From Octopus sinensis (taxonomy: Eukaryota), in the NCBI RefSeq assembly GCF_006345805.1, contig NC_042999.1, positions 158,720,001-158,784,000 on the forward strand: a stretch of 64,000 nt of DNA, given 5' to 3'. This document shows positions 51,241 to 64,000 of the stretch, piece by piece. How positions within the stretch are numbered: the first letter of the stretch is position 1; the number at the start of each line of letters is the position of its first letter. A program made the translations under genes and the position numbers. Under the pieces are notes generated by a model. It was not told the DNA's origin. It searched no databases and worked only from the letters and a program-made list of their open reading frames with translations.

Positions 51241-53767
51241 GTGCTAATGGTTTCACATTTAGGCACGAGGCCAGTAATTTCGTTTGACGTGAGTTTACCA
51301 GTACCATCCATCCTACCATCGTGCTAGTTTATAGAAACCGGTTGAATGAAATGCAAATATGACCGCAACCACATTTGGACTCAGAATGTAATGACTCGGA
51401 AGAAACGATGCAAAGTATTCTTGCGAAACTCTAATATTTCTTCTATTTCATTTCCTTAAAAGTATGTATGCAGCGAAAGCAAAAATACCAAACAAAAAGC
51501 GGACAACAAAGATAAAGCATTTGGAATATAAATCAGAAAGAGAGAGACCCAACCTCTGCATATGCAAGACTGAATAAAATAAAATCAAACACTAGAATAT
51601 ATATTAAGGAATATTAAACGTTGACAGGTGGAAATTATTTTATAATGTAAATAATTAAAGAAGGAAAGGCAATGGCATTTCTTGTGGAACAAAGAGTGTG
51701 CCTCCGAAAGTAAAACTTGACGGAAAAATTGCAACTGCAATCAGAGAACGCAGATCTGGCAATGGTAGAAAAACGGAAAAGGGGCACGAACATCGGTGTC
51801 AGAATGTTGAATGATGTAATATATGCAACAACCAAAATAGTTATTAGTTAAAGTGTGTAATACTTCAGATGTACTATTAAATGAATATCATAATCCAAAT
51901 AGCATGGGAAACAAACATGCATATTTCTACATGCAAGAAATAAATAAAGATCTCAATCTTTAGCTCATTGGAAAGCTGAAGAGATAATTTTTGCTGATAT
52001 AATTACGAATTTGTCAAAATATGAAAACAGCTGTTTAATATTGTTAAACAAACTACTAACTCTTGTTAGGAAAAGTGAGAATGATTCTTCGAACAAAATA
52101 AACAGCAGAAGTGTACTCTCCTCGCACACAAAAAATTATCAAGAGCTATATAAAAATTAAGTAGTCATACCAACAAAATGTAGAAGGGTCCGTGTAGGAA
52201 TATGCACTAGGAAAAGATTAAAATGAGCGAGTCATAAAAATATATATACCACAAGAACAATCATGAGAGACTATGGCAACGCAAATAGTACAGACGCAAC
52301 TAAAAACTATTTTTTGGAAGACACATGAGCTTAAAAATCCCAAATTTCTGGGTCGAATATTCGACATGTACAATGCGATTGTGGAGATAAATTTAATATA
52401 TTACTGACATAGCTGATAACAATATCTGACTGGTTCACTGGGTTTAACATTATCTTGGTAAGCAAGACTACACATAAGAAATGTCATTAAAATCTCAGAT
52501 AATCTGAATGCATTCAGCTTGCGAAAACTTGAATAAAGATAATGAAAAAAAGTCTTTCAGGAAGAGCCGGAATGATGCTACAAAGACAGCTATAATGGAG
52601 GACAATAAACAACGACGTATATGAACACGTCATGGTTTAACTATTAGAAGGTTTTTGAGAATGATCACTATGCATGGATCTTGTATAAGCTACATATATG
52701 GTCATACATCCATAATATGTTGATACATTGAACATATGGCGGTGCATCAGCATAGCCGCAGCTCTGAGCTGAAACTAGAGAAAAAAAAATATGAATCACT
52801 GGCAAAAAACAAAACAGGTATTGGCGAAAAATATTGCAGTTGGACTCCGTATTACTATTTCCTTTCAGTCGGGCGCAAACAGCTTGGCAAACTCCTAGTT
52901 CATATGAACAATATAAAAAAAATGCTTCAATACAACAGTAAGTGAAGGAGATTTATTGAGAAAAGTAACACCATACACAATCCAGAAATGGAAATGAAAA
53001 TGTGAGACAAACAAACTTTCGAATATTTCGGATTTGATAAAATAGATGCTGTATGCTGTAGATATTAAGTAACGCGAGTACTCCTCTAGGCGTACTCTGA
53101 TATGACTATCAAAACCAAACAAACAACATGGAAAACAAAACTAGCAATCAGAAGAGAGACAATTGTGTTCTTTTATTTAAAACATCATAATTTTTATCTC
53201 GTGAAAGTTTGAGAAAAAACTGATAATCATTATTTACATAATAACAAATAATTTGAAATATAAAATCATGTTTAATTTTTTTAAACAGAGTAATAACCAT
53301 CGGTATGAAAAAAATGATATTCTCAAACAAACTAAGCAGCTGGAGTATCCACCCGTAAGAGTAAAATTTCTGAAGATCTCAAATAGATATCCATGCCTAA
53401 CCAACAACAAGTAGAATAAAAATTTAGGAAGGACTACTATAAAAGATTAATAAATCGTCTATAGTATCCCTTTGTAGAGTATAGTATGAAGAACAGGTAC
53501 CAATGATTCAAGTTTCCCAGTAATAAGATATTATTAACGAGAAAATAAAACCAAAACTAACGACTGTATATTAGAATACATTAATCAAAATCTGACATAC
53601 AAAGATAATATTTATTACGAATACAAAACTGGAGGTGATTTATGTATCTTTAAAATGTATTATTCGATATCCGAAATAAACAAAACAAAATGCTCTTTCC
53701 TGTTTTCAAACAAACAACATTTACAAAGTAGAAGCAGAAATAATTGAATGTTGTGAATAGAAATATA

Positions 53768-53902
53768 TTCTTTTCTACTCTAGGCATAAGGTCCGAAATT
53801 TTATGGGAGGGGATCAGTCGATACAATCGACCCCAGTACGCAACTGATACTTAATTTATCGACCCCGAAAGGATGAAAGGCAAAGTCGACCTCGGCGGAA
53901 TT
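53768..53902 (-). mobile_element. 5'-truncated family-1 SINE (tail type b) with 17-bp TSD
   Basis: TTGTGAATAGAAATATA at 53751-67 and 53903-19. Confidence 0.92.
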
Positions 53903-54540
53903 TTGTGAATAGAAATATAAAGTAAGCACAGAAATTGTGAATAAAGCCTAAGATGTACCTTCAGAATGCCTTGCTAAACGTTGGCCTGAAAATTCCTTGC
54001 GAACCCAATACCGGAAACAGCTGAATAGATTGGAAACCGAGAAGAGTAAAATTTCAAAATAGATTGAGAAGCTAGCTCAGACTTGAAACAGAAAGAGACT
54101 TGCCTCAGGCACATGCTGACATTTCTACCACTAAAAGCCACCAACATCTTTTAATAGATCAAAATAAAGCAAATATAGAGTATAAAGGAATGCGGAAGTG
54201 AAAAGTTATCACAATTGTTTTATATCCTGCTCTTAACCAGGAAAGAAATACATTTACAGTGTTTCGGGTTTTGTGTGGGAAGCCAGTATTAAGAAATTCT
54301 GATAGTATTGGTGCTGTATAATCAAGGACCCCAGAAAAAAAATACAGTACTTTAAGAAATGCCAGGAAGTTGAAAAGTAATAGACTGGATATTGTTGTCA
54401 CGAACTACCAGGATAAAAAATGTTTTCCTATCGAATTATCGAATTATTCAATAATTTAGCCAAAAATATAAACAGCTGATGCTGAAAGTTTGAAAATATG
54501 GAATCAGAGATAACTAGACACTGAAAAGTGTCCCAATATT

Positions 54541-55668
54541 GATGCCCATCATCATCATCATCATTGTTCGACCGTGGTCGAGACAATGGAATTTACTATG
54601 TTACGCCAGACTTCACGGTCCATCATAGCATTACGGAGGTCCTGTTGCTGGATGCCTGTATCCCTGGAGATTACATCAGGGTAGGAGAGTGTGCGCCCTC
54701 TGATATTGCGAGTAGATGGCTTCCAGAGGAGAAGAGTAGAAATTACTTCTTTTTCAGCTCTACAACAATGTCCAGCAAACTGGACTCTCCTACCTTTCAC
54801 AAGAGATGACACAGGTGGTAATTTCCCATATATTTGCATTTTGGTTGGATGGCGCTTCCACGAGAGATTTTGAGCTCTCATAAGGAGGCGAGTGTAGGTT
54901 CCATCCAACCGCCTCTCAAGCTTCTTTGATAATGTCCAGGTTTCTGAGCCATATAGTAGAATTGGTTCGACTGTGGCTTTGAATATTTCAAGTTTGAAGT
55001 CTCTACTTAGATTTGATGACCAGATCTTATGCATGTCATTACAGGCTGACCAGGCCATACCCTTTCTAGTTAGAAAGTCTTTTCCAGATGATGATGTGTA
55101 TGACCCAAGATATTTATAATCAGAAACCATATTTAAAGGCGCACTGTTGAGAGTGTGGATGATGCAATCACTGTTGGGCAGGCACTTGTTTATGTATTCA
55201 GTTTTGGCCTCATTGAGGTAAAGACCTACGCAATTTGAGGCTTGTTCAAGAGATTGTAAAAGAGGCTGGGCATTGGAGAGAGAATCACTGATAAGAGCGA
55301 TGTCGTCAGCAAAGTCAGTGTCTGTCAAGTACTCAGCTGGGTGTCTGGAACTTCTTCTTCGTTTTATTTCAAAGTCCTTGCCAGAGATGGTATCAACTGA
55401 CATACGTAGCACATAATCAACAACAATGATGAAAAGAAACGGAGCGAGTGTGTCTCCCTGCAGTATTCCGGCTTTGATTGAGAAAGATGATGTTTCTCCA
55501 TCAGGGGTTAAGATGGTTGAAGACGTATCTGTGTAGAGGACCTTGATGGCAGAAATAATTTTGTCTGGTATCCCATAGAGATTAAGGATTTCAAACATCT
55601 TGTACCTATCTACAGAATCGAACGCTTTAGAAAAGTCTACAAATACCATTGCAAGATCGCGATTGAGG
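54541..55668 (-). mobile_element. Young 5'-truncated RTE-clade LINE
   Basis: Uninterrupted RT and C-terminal frame; stop merges into a (TGA)n tail; CCCAATATT at 54532-40 and 55669-77 is a 9-bp TSD. Confidence 0.96.
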
Positions 55669-55673
55669 CCCAA
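54561..55673 (-). CDS. Truncated RTE reverse transcriptase frame (370 codons; lacks endonuclease and RT N-terminus)
   Basis: FVDFSKAFDSV, GILQGDTLAP, DFADD, YKYLGS, LLYGSETW, FAGHC, DREVWR. The frame start is created by the truncation junction and is not a real initiator. Confidence 0.8.
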   Translation of the reverse strand: MGLNRDLAMVFVDFSKAFDSVDRYKMFEILNLYGIPDKIISAIKVLYTDTSSTILTPDGETSSFSIKAGILQGDTLAPFLFIIVVDYVLRMSVDTISGKDFEIKRRRSSRHPAEYLTDTDFADDIALISDSLSNAQPLLQSLEQASNCVGLYLNEAKTEYINKCLPNSDCIIHTLNSAPLNMVSDYKYLGSYTSSSGKDFLTRKGMAWSACNDMHKIWSSNLSRDFKLEIFKATVEPILLYGSETWTLSKKLERRLDGTYTRLLMRAQNLSWKRHPTKMQIYGKLPPVSSLVKGRRVQFAGHCCRAEKEVISTLLLWKPSTRNIRGRTLSYPDVISRDTGIQQQDLRNAMMDREVWRNIVNSIVSTTVEQ

Positions 55674-57409
55674 TATTCACATAACATGAAGACAAGTAAT
55701 AATTAAATAACCAGGCATTACAAATATGAACTATATACATAAATTAGCTCTAGTAGGGAATGAAAACATTTAAACAGGTACTGTTGATACAATTAAAACA
55801 TAGAACCAACAAGAAATATTGTAAATGACGAAGTGGCCTTGGGTCAGCGAATGAAAGAAGTAAACAATCATCAACAACGAATGGTTGTTCACCCTGGAAA
55901 CTGATTAGAATAGAATCTTAGTAGTTTTAGTAAGAGACCAACGGTAGAAGAAACTAGATTAGGAGATGTAGCCGCGGATCTATGACATTTTAAACGTAAA
56001 TTTTAAAAAACAAGGAAAATGCTAAAGGAAAGGAAATTGCTACCATCTAGTATTGTTACTAGTTACATCTCGTTTAGAGATTTTAGAACTAGCTACTTTG
56101 CTCGTTACGAGATCAGCAGCCCTCTGCCGCTTTTCTGTTTATATATTGTGAGAAGGGACGATTGGCTACGTATAGTGTGGCTCGTAATTTTGGGTTTATA
56201 TGCACTGACCAAACTCCTGCTATAACGCACACTTTCAATACGTTAATTATGAAGTGACGATCAATAAATTTTACAAAAATATTTGAAATTTTCGATGTTA
56301 TTCACATTTACTTAATCGTTGTTAATGGATGTTTTTTGCAAGATTTAAGTAGTATTCTCTTGTGTAAAATATCCTTCGGGTTCTGCTGTTAAAGGTTCTT
56401 CTGTTGATTGTCTACTCTTTTTGTCTCATTTATAATTTATAGTTTCAGAAATAATCATGAATTTATTTCTTGAAAGAAAAGTTTCATACATTATGGAGAA
56501 TAAGCGGAGGAATGTTCAAAGTGAAAAATATTTTTGATGATAAATGAATGTTACAGATTAATAATAATATTCTAGAACAACAATTGCTTGTTGAATATAC
56601 TTTATCAGTGTCTACAGATCGATTGTCAAGGCGTTTACATAAATAGTCACACCCATTTAGGTGCACCAATTACATATGGAATGATATTCTATAAATTCCA
56701 TAATAATTTTAATACAACAGCAGTCTCAGCGTAATTCAGCTTTTCAGCTGGTTTAGCACAGAATCAGAGATGTTTGCTTTGCTACGTCTATAAATATGGT
56801 ATTGTCATTTCTCTCTTCGGGAATTTTTTTAGGCTTATTACGTATACTAAGATTCTGTAGTATTTTGTAATTGTCATTTTCTGTAAGGAGGAAGGCATAA
56901 TATTACTACCAAAGGTTTTTTTTTTCTTTGAAGGAATCGACGTTTGATGGCGAACTTTATCTAGAGTAGTTCTATAATGATATTGTGTCTCAAAGTCTAT
57001 TTTGCCGGCGTTAATGTGAGATAAACTTAAATAACTCAGATGATTGTTTCCGGAAATGTTTCAAAGAGAGGACATGACGACATGTTTCCTCTATACTGTA
57101 GGTTGTTTCTTTTCAAAACCGCTATTATATATTAAGAGGTCACTGGCTTGTTGCTGTTTCACCAAGGTTTTTGATTCTTTACCCAAGAAGGTCTTTCATT
57201 TTATACAATTGACCCGATCCGCTCCTGGTCTTTGTTTATAATCTTGTGCTTACTTTTGTTAGACATGTATGCATCAGTTTAAAAACAATCGTATTAGAAA
57301 AAGCAATGGGGATTCTAGAACATGCTTTCCCAGACGTAGTTAATTAATTCTGCAAAGAACTCAAATATATGCCTCATATATGTGTGTGTGTACATATAGA
57401 TCTATGTAC

Positions 57410-57411
57410 AT

Positions 57412-57442
<31 letters not shown>

Positions 57443-57492
57443 TATATATATATACACACATATATATATGTATGTATATATATGTGTGTATG

Positions 57493-57524
<32 letters not shown>

Positions 57525-57603
57525 TTATATATATATATAAATATATGTTTGTATACATATATGTATGTATGTATATATATATATATATATGCATATATAT
57601 ATA

Positions 57604-57680
<77 letters not shown>
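57410..57680. repeat. Long (TA)n-rich compound microsatellite
   Basis: Read directly. Confidence 0.95.
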
Positions 57681-57686
<6 letters not shown>

Positions 57687-58339
57687 ACATTATCGTATTC
57701 TAGCTTTCCATATGAGTTTTTCTTCTGCTACTTAGAATATATTCCTAGAAAGTATGTGCGATGGAAAGAGAGGAAAAGCAGCGTGACAGTCTGTTGTTGT
57801 GGGCAATCTGTCTGCGCAAACAGACTAATTAGGATTTGTATTTGTGATGGTTCACAGGTTAAAATATACATAACAGTAATATTCCGAGAATCAGTAAACC
57901 AAAGAAAAGACTTTCTGTTTTATTTTTCAAATAAGTAAACAGGCGAATTTCTGATACAGTTTCGGGATACGACATTTGATCTTGTTATTCATCAATTCAC
58001 ATCGTTTTGCTGGACGCCGGGCAGTATATTCTATTTTGTGAAGTCATGATTGCGACCATAATTTAATCACAAAGCTGAATAATTTTACTTGCTGTTTGCT
58101 TTGCTAACTGTTACTGTAGTTGCTCACATGTATATACGTGCATGCGCGTGCGTATGCATGTGTGTTTGTGTGTATTGTGTGTGTGTGTGTGTGTGTGCAT
58201 GTGTATGCGTATTATATATGCAAAGAAAATATACGGCTATAGCAACAACAATAACGAGCAACAAAACGAATTCAAGTTCATGGCAACATAAGCATATCGA
58301 CATTCAGACATGCCTCATATCATCATAACATAGTTCATT

Positions 58340-59045
58340 TGTCGTTGCCATCAATGAACAAGGACATTACATGGAAGAAGAAAACGGGGCCCGGTGTATC
58401 CGGCTGTGGCCAGTCAATCCGCTGCATGCTCGGAAGGATTTGTCCATCTTACGTACATCTGCATCGCGCTAATTCGATGTAAAACACTCTGTTGAGAAGT
58501 CATGTGTTAGGCATTTGAACAAAGTCACCTTCCCAACTGACTTCCGCTCTTCGCAGCAGTGTATAAGTGCCTGGTAGATCAGCTCGAGTGAGGACCTCTG
58601 TGTTTGGGATCTTATGTCGCCAGGTGATTTTTAGTAGCCCTCTCCGATAGTCCAAGTGAAAACGGCTTAAAATTTCGCAGATGTACAGGAGCATAGGCAG
58701 TAAAACTGCTCGGTCCGCCTAAAATTCGTGTAGCCAACCCAACGCTTCTCATCTTCCACACTGATTCTGAGATTCCCTTTGCGATGCATGTGTCGACTTC
58801 ATTTACAGATCTGAAGAGTGTGTTGTCGAAGTATGTGAACTTATCTACAACCTTCAGCGCTTCTCCTTTGACGGTAACAGCTGTTTCACCTTACGGCTTC
58901 TACGGAGCAGGATGGTACATGACCTCTGTCTCCAGAGTGCTGAATGCGAGGTCAAATTTAGTGCAGATAGTAGGAAATCAGGTCATGCTTTGCTGCATCT
59001 GGGCGTCCGTGATGCCTCGAGTGCACAACCGTCTGCGAACAGGAA
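58340..59045 (-). mobile_element. Degraded RTE (BovB-like) LINE 3' fragment
   Basis: TEVMYHPAP.KPY; LKVVDKFTYF; LLKITWRHKIPNTEVLTRADLP; terminal ACSGLTGHSRIH. Confidence 0.85.
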
Positions 59046-59061
59046 GTCAAGCGTAAACTAC

Positions 59062-59432
59062 TATATCTTTCCTCTTTTATCTTTTACTTGTATCAATAAT
59101 CAGACAGCAGCCCTGCTGGGGTGCCGCATTGAAGGCTCTTATTTTATTAAGTCTGGTACTCGAGTTGTTTTGCCGAACCGTTAATGGGGAACTAAACACA
59201 CCAACACCGGTTGTCAAGCGGTGATAGTGAACAAACACAGTCACAAAGACACGCACACACACACACGCACACACGACGGGCTTCTTTCAGTTTCGGTCAA
59301 CCAAATCCATTCACAAAGCTTTGGTCAACCCGAGGCCATAGTAATAGATACTCGCCTCAGGTGCCACGCAGTTAGACTGAACCTGGGACTGAACCTGGTT
59401 GTGAAGCTAGCTTCTTACCACACAGCCATGTC
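59062..59432 (-). mobile_element. Family-2 SINE
   Basis: Reverse complement of the family-2 head, core and tail with an internal (CA)n tract. Confidence 0.88.
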
Positions 59433-59479
<47 letters not shown>

Positions 59480-59559
59480 CGTGCGTGTGAGTGTGCGTGC
59501 GTGTATGTGTGTATGCGATTTGATAAAACTAATTATTAATAAGTTAATAACTCTTTCTA

Positions 59560-59960
59560 CTATGAGCACAAGGCCTGGAATTTAGTGGTAATGGGGCTAG
59601 TCAATTACTTCCAATTCTCAACTGGTATTTATTTTATCGACCATGAAATGCAAAGTCGACTTAGTAGGAATTGATCTTAGAACGTAAAGACGGAGCAAAT
59701 GCGGTTAAAATCCTGTCATAGTAATGGTGTTCGACATTATAACATACAATTTCCCATTCTTGGCTTCAAATTTCTGGCACGAGGTCAGCAATTTTGGAGG
59801 AGCGGATAAGTAGGTTATATCGACCCCAGTACTTAACTGGTGCGTATTTTAATCGATCCCACCAGAAACCTCGGTGGAGAATTTGAATTCAGAATGTAAT
59901 GACGTATAAAATACCCCCTAAGCTCTTTGCTTGACGTGCTAACGCTTCTGCCTGCTCCCC
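59560..59960 (-). mobile_element. Two degraded family-1 SINEs (tail type b)
   Basis: AAAGTCGAC, ATCGACCCCAGTAC, GAATTTGAATTCAGAATGTAA and CGTGCTAACGCTTCTGCC motifs. Confidence 0.7.
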
Positions 59961-60329
59961 GCTATAGGATTCCCAGTTGTTAATTGGTGAGTAAGAAGAG
60001 AAGTGCATAATTAAACTGAATTCTTCGAAATGACTGAATTAATCAATTGACATATTCACAAGTTGATTATGAAACCAATAACTAGTCATTTATTTCAAGC
60101 ACATATATGCGAAGGGATGAGGAATCCAAACAGATATTACCAAGGATTTCATAACAGAGAGGAAGGTTAACATTATTCAAGACACGGAGTCGAATAAACA
60201 ACTGAGGCCGAATATTAAGAGTGATTAATTAAACTTTTGCAAACATAGGATCGAAGAAAAATAATGAGAAGGAAGAAATTAATTACGAACAGCAATGAAA
60301 TTTGACAATATATAAATATAAATAGATGC

Positions 60330-60590
60330 ATACACACATACATGCATACATACATACATACATACATACATACACACATACCTATATATACACACACATA
60401 CCTATATATACATATATATATACGAGCATATATATACACTTATATATACATATATATGCATACATATATATATACATACATATATATATATACATACATA
60501 CATATATATATATATACATATATAAATATACATATACATATGTGCCTGTATATATATATATATATATATATACAGGCACACACATAGATA
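60330..60590. repeat. (CATA)n/(TA)n compound microsatellite
   Basis: Read directly. Confidence 0.95.
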
Positions 60591-61964
60591 TGCAAGTGTT
60601 CATGAGGGTATATATCGCGAAAAATACTTGTGTTTTCTTTACACATATATACATTCATAAGTGCACACACACTCCAGTGTACATAAGTGTATATATCACA
60701 AGAAATACGTTTTCATTATGTCCGAAGCAAACTAATAGCCAAGCTATTTAAACTAGGTCAAAAAGCTTCAGTAGAGGTGAAGCATAAGCAACTCAAACAA
60801 AACCACGATCCTCAATTGGAGCAAATAAACTAAGCCAAATAAATACATCATACCGTAAAAATTACAAACCCTTGACATCTCGTTTAGATTCTGACGAAGG
60901 ATTTATGACAGTTCAGGAGTTAATTGTTCATATCATTAGTGAATGAAATAGATGCTGACAGTTATTTTAGAATTTTTTCTTGTGATTGTCCTAGAAATTT
61001 AGAATGGTAGCTGTATCGACCAAGAAATTAAACAATCATTGCTAGAACCATTGCTTGGGTTAAGCTGACTATCCATTTCGTTTTACGCTGGAAGTGTCTG
61101 GTATGTAGATTAATATTAATAATAATAATAATGAGTATGGAGATTGTATATCCCCAAAATTTATTTTATAGTTATATACAATTATATACAGTCTGAAGGA
61201 TAGTGTTGCCGGTGCCCTGATTTTCCTAGTGTTTGCCTTTTTTTCGTCTTGGTACATTATTCTGATGAGGTTTAGAAGAATGCATTAATATTTAAGGCGG
61301 CACTTAGAAATCATTTCTCAACTTGTAATTAAAATGTTACGTGTAAAATTTGAATATTAGAAAAAGCATATAAAGAACTTAGGAGAATCCCTGTCCTCAG
61401 TGAGTACTGATGGACATAACTGATCATTAGACGAATATGGACTAAATAGGTTCATTGTAAGTTACCTATAAGAAGGTACTTGTAAAAAAGCTGCCCGTGG
61501 AAGCTATGCTCTGATATTAAAATAATTTGCAGAATTTTTTACTTCAATATGTGAGTTTGTATTACAGCACTTAGCCAAAACTTTTTGTTTCCATTGGTAT
61601 GTGGTCTACCTTGCACGAAAATTTTTCCGATTTATGTTACAGATAGGGTCATACTCTTTCAGTTTCCGTATATGTTTGGTGAAGACATATGTCTTAAACG
61701 ATTGGAAGTACTAGACACACTGAGGGATTCATGCAAACAACTTTATATTCTAAAAATAGCTCGTCTTCCTCTTCATTTACAGCGTTGCTAACAAAACACA
61801 TACAGAAACTGGTGAATAACGCTGATTATGACATCAAATAGATTTTGTAATAACTAGACTACAAAATTCCTTATTAAGATGAGTCAGTTCTATGTAGCGG
61901 ACAAATAAGTTGACGAACTTGAAAGACTGAAAGATTCAATGAAAAACATACAAGAACGTATTTC

Positions 61965-62217
61965 CTCTCCGAACCGCTAAGTGACGGGGATGTAAACACA
62001 CCAGCATCGGTTGTCAAGCAATGCTACGGGGACAAACACAGACACACAAACACACACACGCATATATATATACATATATATACATATATACGACAGGCTT
62101 CTTTCAGTTTCTTTCATTGGTGGGCCCAAGACACTTGCCCAAGATGCCACGCAGTGGAACTGAACCCGGAACCATGTGGTTGGTTAGCAAGCTACTTACC
62201 ACACAGCCACTCCTGCG

Positions 62218-62219
<2 letters not shown>
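61965..62219 (-). mobile_element. Family-2 SINE with internal deletion and missing 3' tail
   Basis: Intact head GGCGCAGGAGTGGCTGTGTGGTAAGTAGC; the TATAGCCTCGG..GGATTTGG segment is deleted. Confidence 0.88.
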
Positions 62220-62276
<57 letters not shown>

Positions 62277-62282
62277 TATATA

Positions 62283-62785
62283 TAACTGTAGTTGTGTGAG
62301 TGTCTGTCCTCTTCGATTTAGATTCCTAACTACTCCCACATTTTGCGGTGCAGTTTAACCAAATTCGGGTATCTTATAGTCGTGATTCATATCAAGCCCG
62401 TCTGGGTATTAGCGCGTGTCTACGATGAGTCTACAATCTTAAAAATAATTTTACATTATTTTTTATTCCATTTTAATGCATATTTTTTCGTGTGTCGATG
62501 GCGGCGGAGTTGGCGTCCACGCTCACACCTGCACTTGTTTGCTTCTCCCCCTTCTTCCCTCCCTCGTGAAGCTCTGGGGAAGGGAGTGTAAGGAAATCAA
62601 CGTCGTAATGCGTTGTCAAGGAGACCAGCGTTCTTTTAGAACAACCACTTCATGGCTTGAAGTCGCCAAAACAGAAATCGCTAAAAAAGCTGAAACAGAT
62701 CCACAAAAACGGCAATTACCGCCACACAGGGCAGGTTTCCTGTGCAAACAATTTGCACAACCGAATGTTTTAGTTGTTGCACAAA
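62283..62785 (+). mobile_element. Long variant of the non-autonomous Helitron family, lacking its own 3' CTAG end
   Basis: First ~190 bp match 10570-10770 and are followed by a ~300-bp GC-richer segment absent from the short copy. Confidence 0.7.
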
Positions 62786-63185
62786 TCTTTATATATAAAA
62801 GTAAGGTTGTGTGCTGTCTGTCTCCTACGATTTAGATTCCTAACTACTCCCACATTTTGCGGTGCAGTGTAACCAAAACCGGGTATCTTATAGTCGTGAT
62901 TCATATCGAGCCCTTCTGGGTATTAGCGCGCGTCTATGATGAGTTAACGATTAAAAAAAAATTACCATCATTTTTTATTCCATTTTAATGCATTTCTCGC
63001 TATTATATAAGGGAAGTAACTCTCTAAAAATGTCTACGATGAGTCAACGATTTAAAAAAAAAAATTACCATCATTTCTTATTCCATTTTTAATGCATTTT
63101 TTGCTATTTTTTTGCTATAACACACGAAAAATGCTTATATAGTTATTTCCCTTACAAACCCGAGCAACGCCGGGCGATACTGGTA

Positions 63186-63186
<1 letters not shown>
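62786..63186 (+). mobile_element. Non-autonomous Helitron with internal ~70-bp duplication
   Basis: A|TCTTTATATATAAAAG start; hairpin CCCGAGCAACGCCGGG; terminal GTAG|T (CTAG in the 10553 copy). Confidence 0.85.
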
Positions 63187-63243
<57 letters not shown>

Positions 63244-63704
63244 ATATATATATATATTCTTAATAGAATTTAGAATAAAATCACGTTAATGATTATATCA
63301 AGTGGCCAGCATGAAATAAGACCTTATATACTAAACTAATGATTATATATATAAATATATAATTATATTAAATGGATCATGAAAGTAGACGCCAAAGGTG
63401 CTAAAACAAAACACTGTATAACTGTGCAAAACACGGGTTGTATGCGGGCTGATGAAAAATACTAAATAAGACTTCACAGTAAATTGTGTATTGGGTACAA
63501 TTTCGGTATTAAAACAATACAATAAAAAGAGCGTATTTCCCATCCTCAGCACAATATTCAAAGAACATAATCACAGATACTTATGCATACCCATACGAAG
63601 CAAAGGCGTACGTCTATATATAAATATCTGTGCTTATGCACCAGATAAAGTCAAATTTTTACTTTTAATTTCAGCCACGTGATATTTATTGAAATAGTCT
63701 CGCA

Positions 63705-63748
<44 letters not shown>

Positions 63749-64000
63749 TAGGAAAGGCACTTGGCATTGTTCGGGAATTAAATTGTTCCTTATATATTAA
63801 AAGAAAAAAGCAAAATATGTTGTACAGACATTTTTTATTCTAAATTCAATTTATTCTTCAATCGGAATACATGAAGAAAATTAATTCTGAATTCATAATA
63901 CAGAAAAAAAAAACATTAAACAATAACAATAATAAACGAAAATAAGAAATTTAGCACTTTTATGAAGGGAGATATATTCTATCATATATGTTGAAGACGC

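Noticed and set aside
51400-54500. A-rich, strand-biased region that may be a very old LINE
   Set aside because: No diagnostic protein motif could be read.
61783-61811. Possible 29-nt exon (strong CTTCCTCTTCATTTACAG acceptor, GTGAAT donor) and a nearby SOCS-box-like peptide
   Set aside because: Weak donor, no recognisable protein and no partner exons; needs RNA-seq.

Overview
AT-rich, microsatellite-dense animal genomic DNA, most likely an octopus or other coleoid cephalopod. That is inferred from remembered SINE family sequences and repeat style, not from a database search. I found no host protein-coding exon, tRNA/rRNA gene or CRISPR array that I can support; the window looks intronic or intergenic and is dominated by mobile-element debris. 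Retroelements: at least three tRNA-headed SINE families; about ten fragments of R4/Dong-clade (restriction-like endonuclease) LINEs concentrated in 26.7-51.2 kb and mostly abutting (AAT)n or (CATA)n; RTE LINEs, including one young 5'-truncated copy with an open 370-codon frame and a 9-bp TSD; a CR1-like LINE; a Penelope-like RT; and an L1/Tx1-like ORF1. DNA elements: three mariners, Tc1 relics, a pogo-like element and non-autonomous Helitrons. Most interesting: (i) hammerhead-ribozyme-like motifs in short non-coding Penelope-type elements, one with an intact core bracketed by inverted repeats and one family with a substituted A6 core position; (ii) an apparent microsatellite-targeted retroposon system, with head-to-tail R4/Dong chains in (AAT)n, a 556-bp non-coding passenger element using the same target, and a sister lineage flanked by (CATA)n; (iii) a reconstructible inversion inside an R4 chain; (iv) a cluster of fold-back structures at 11.8-12.8 kb. 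All analysis was by eye, so boundaries of degraded elements are approximate (tens of bp).
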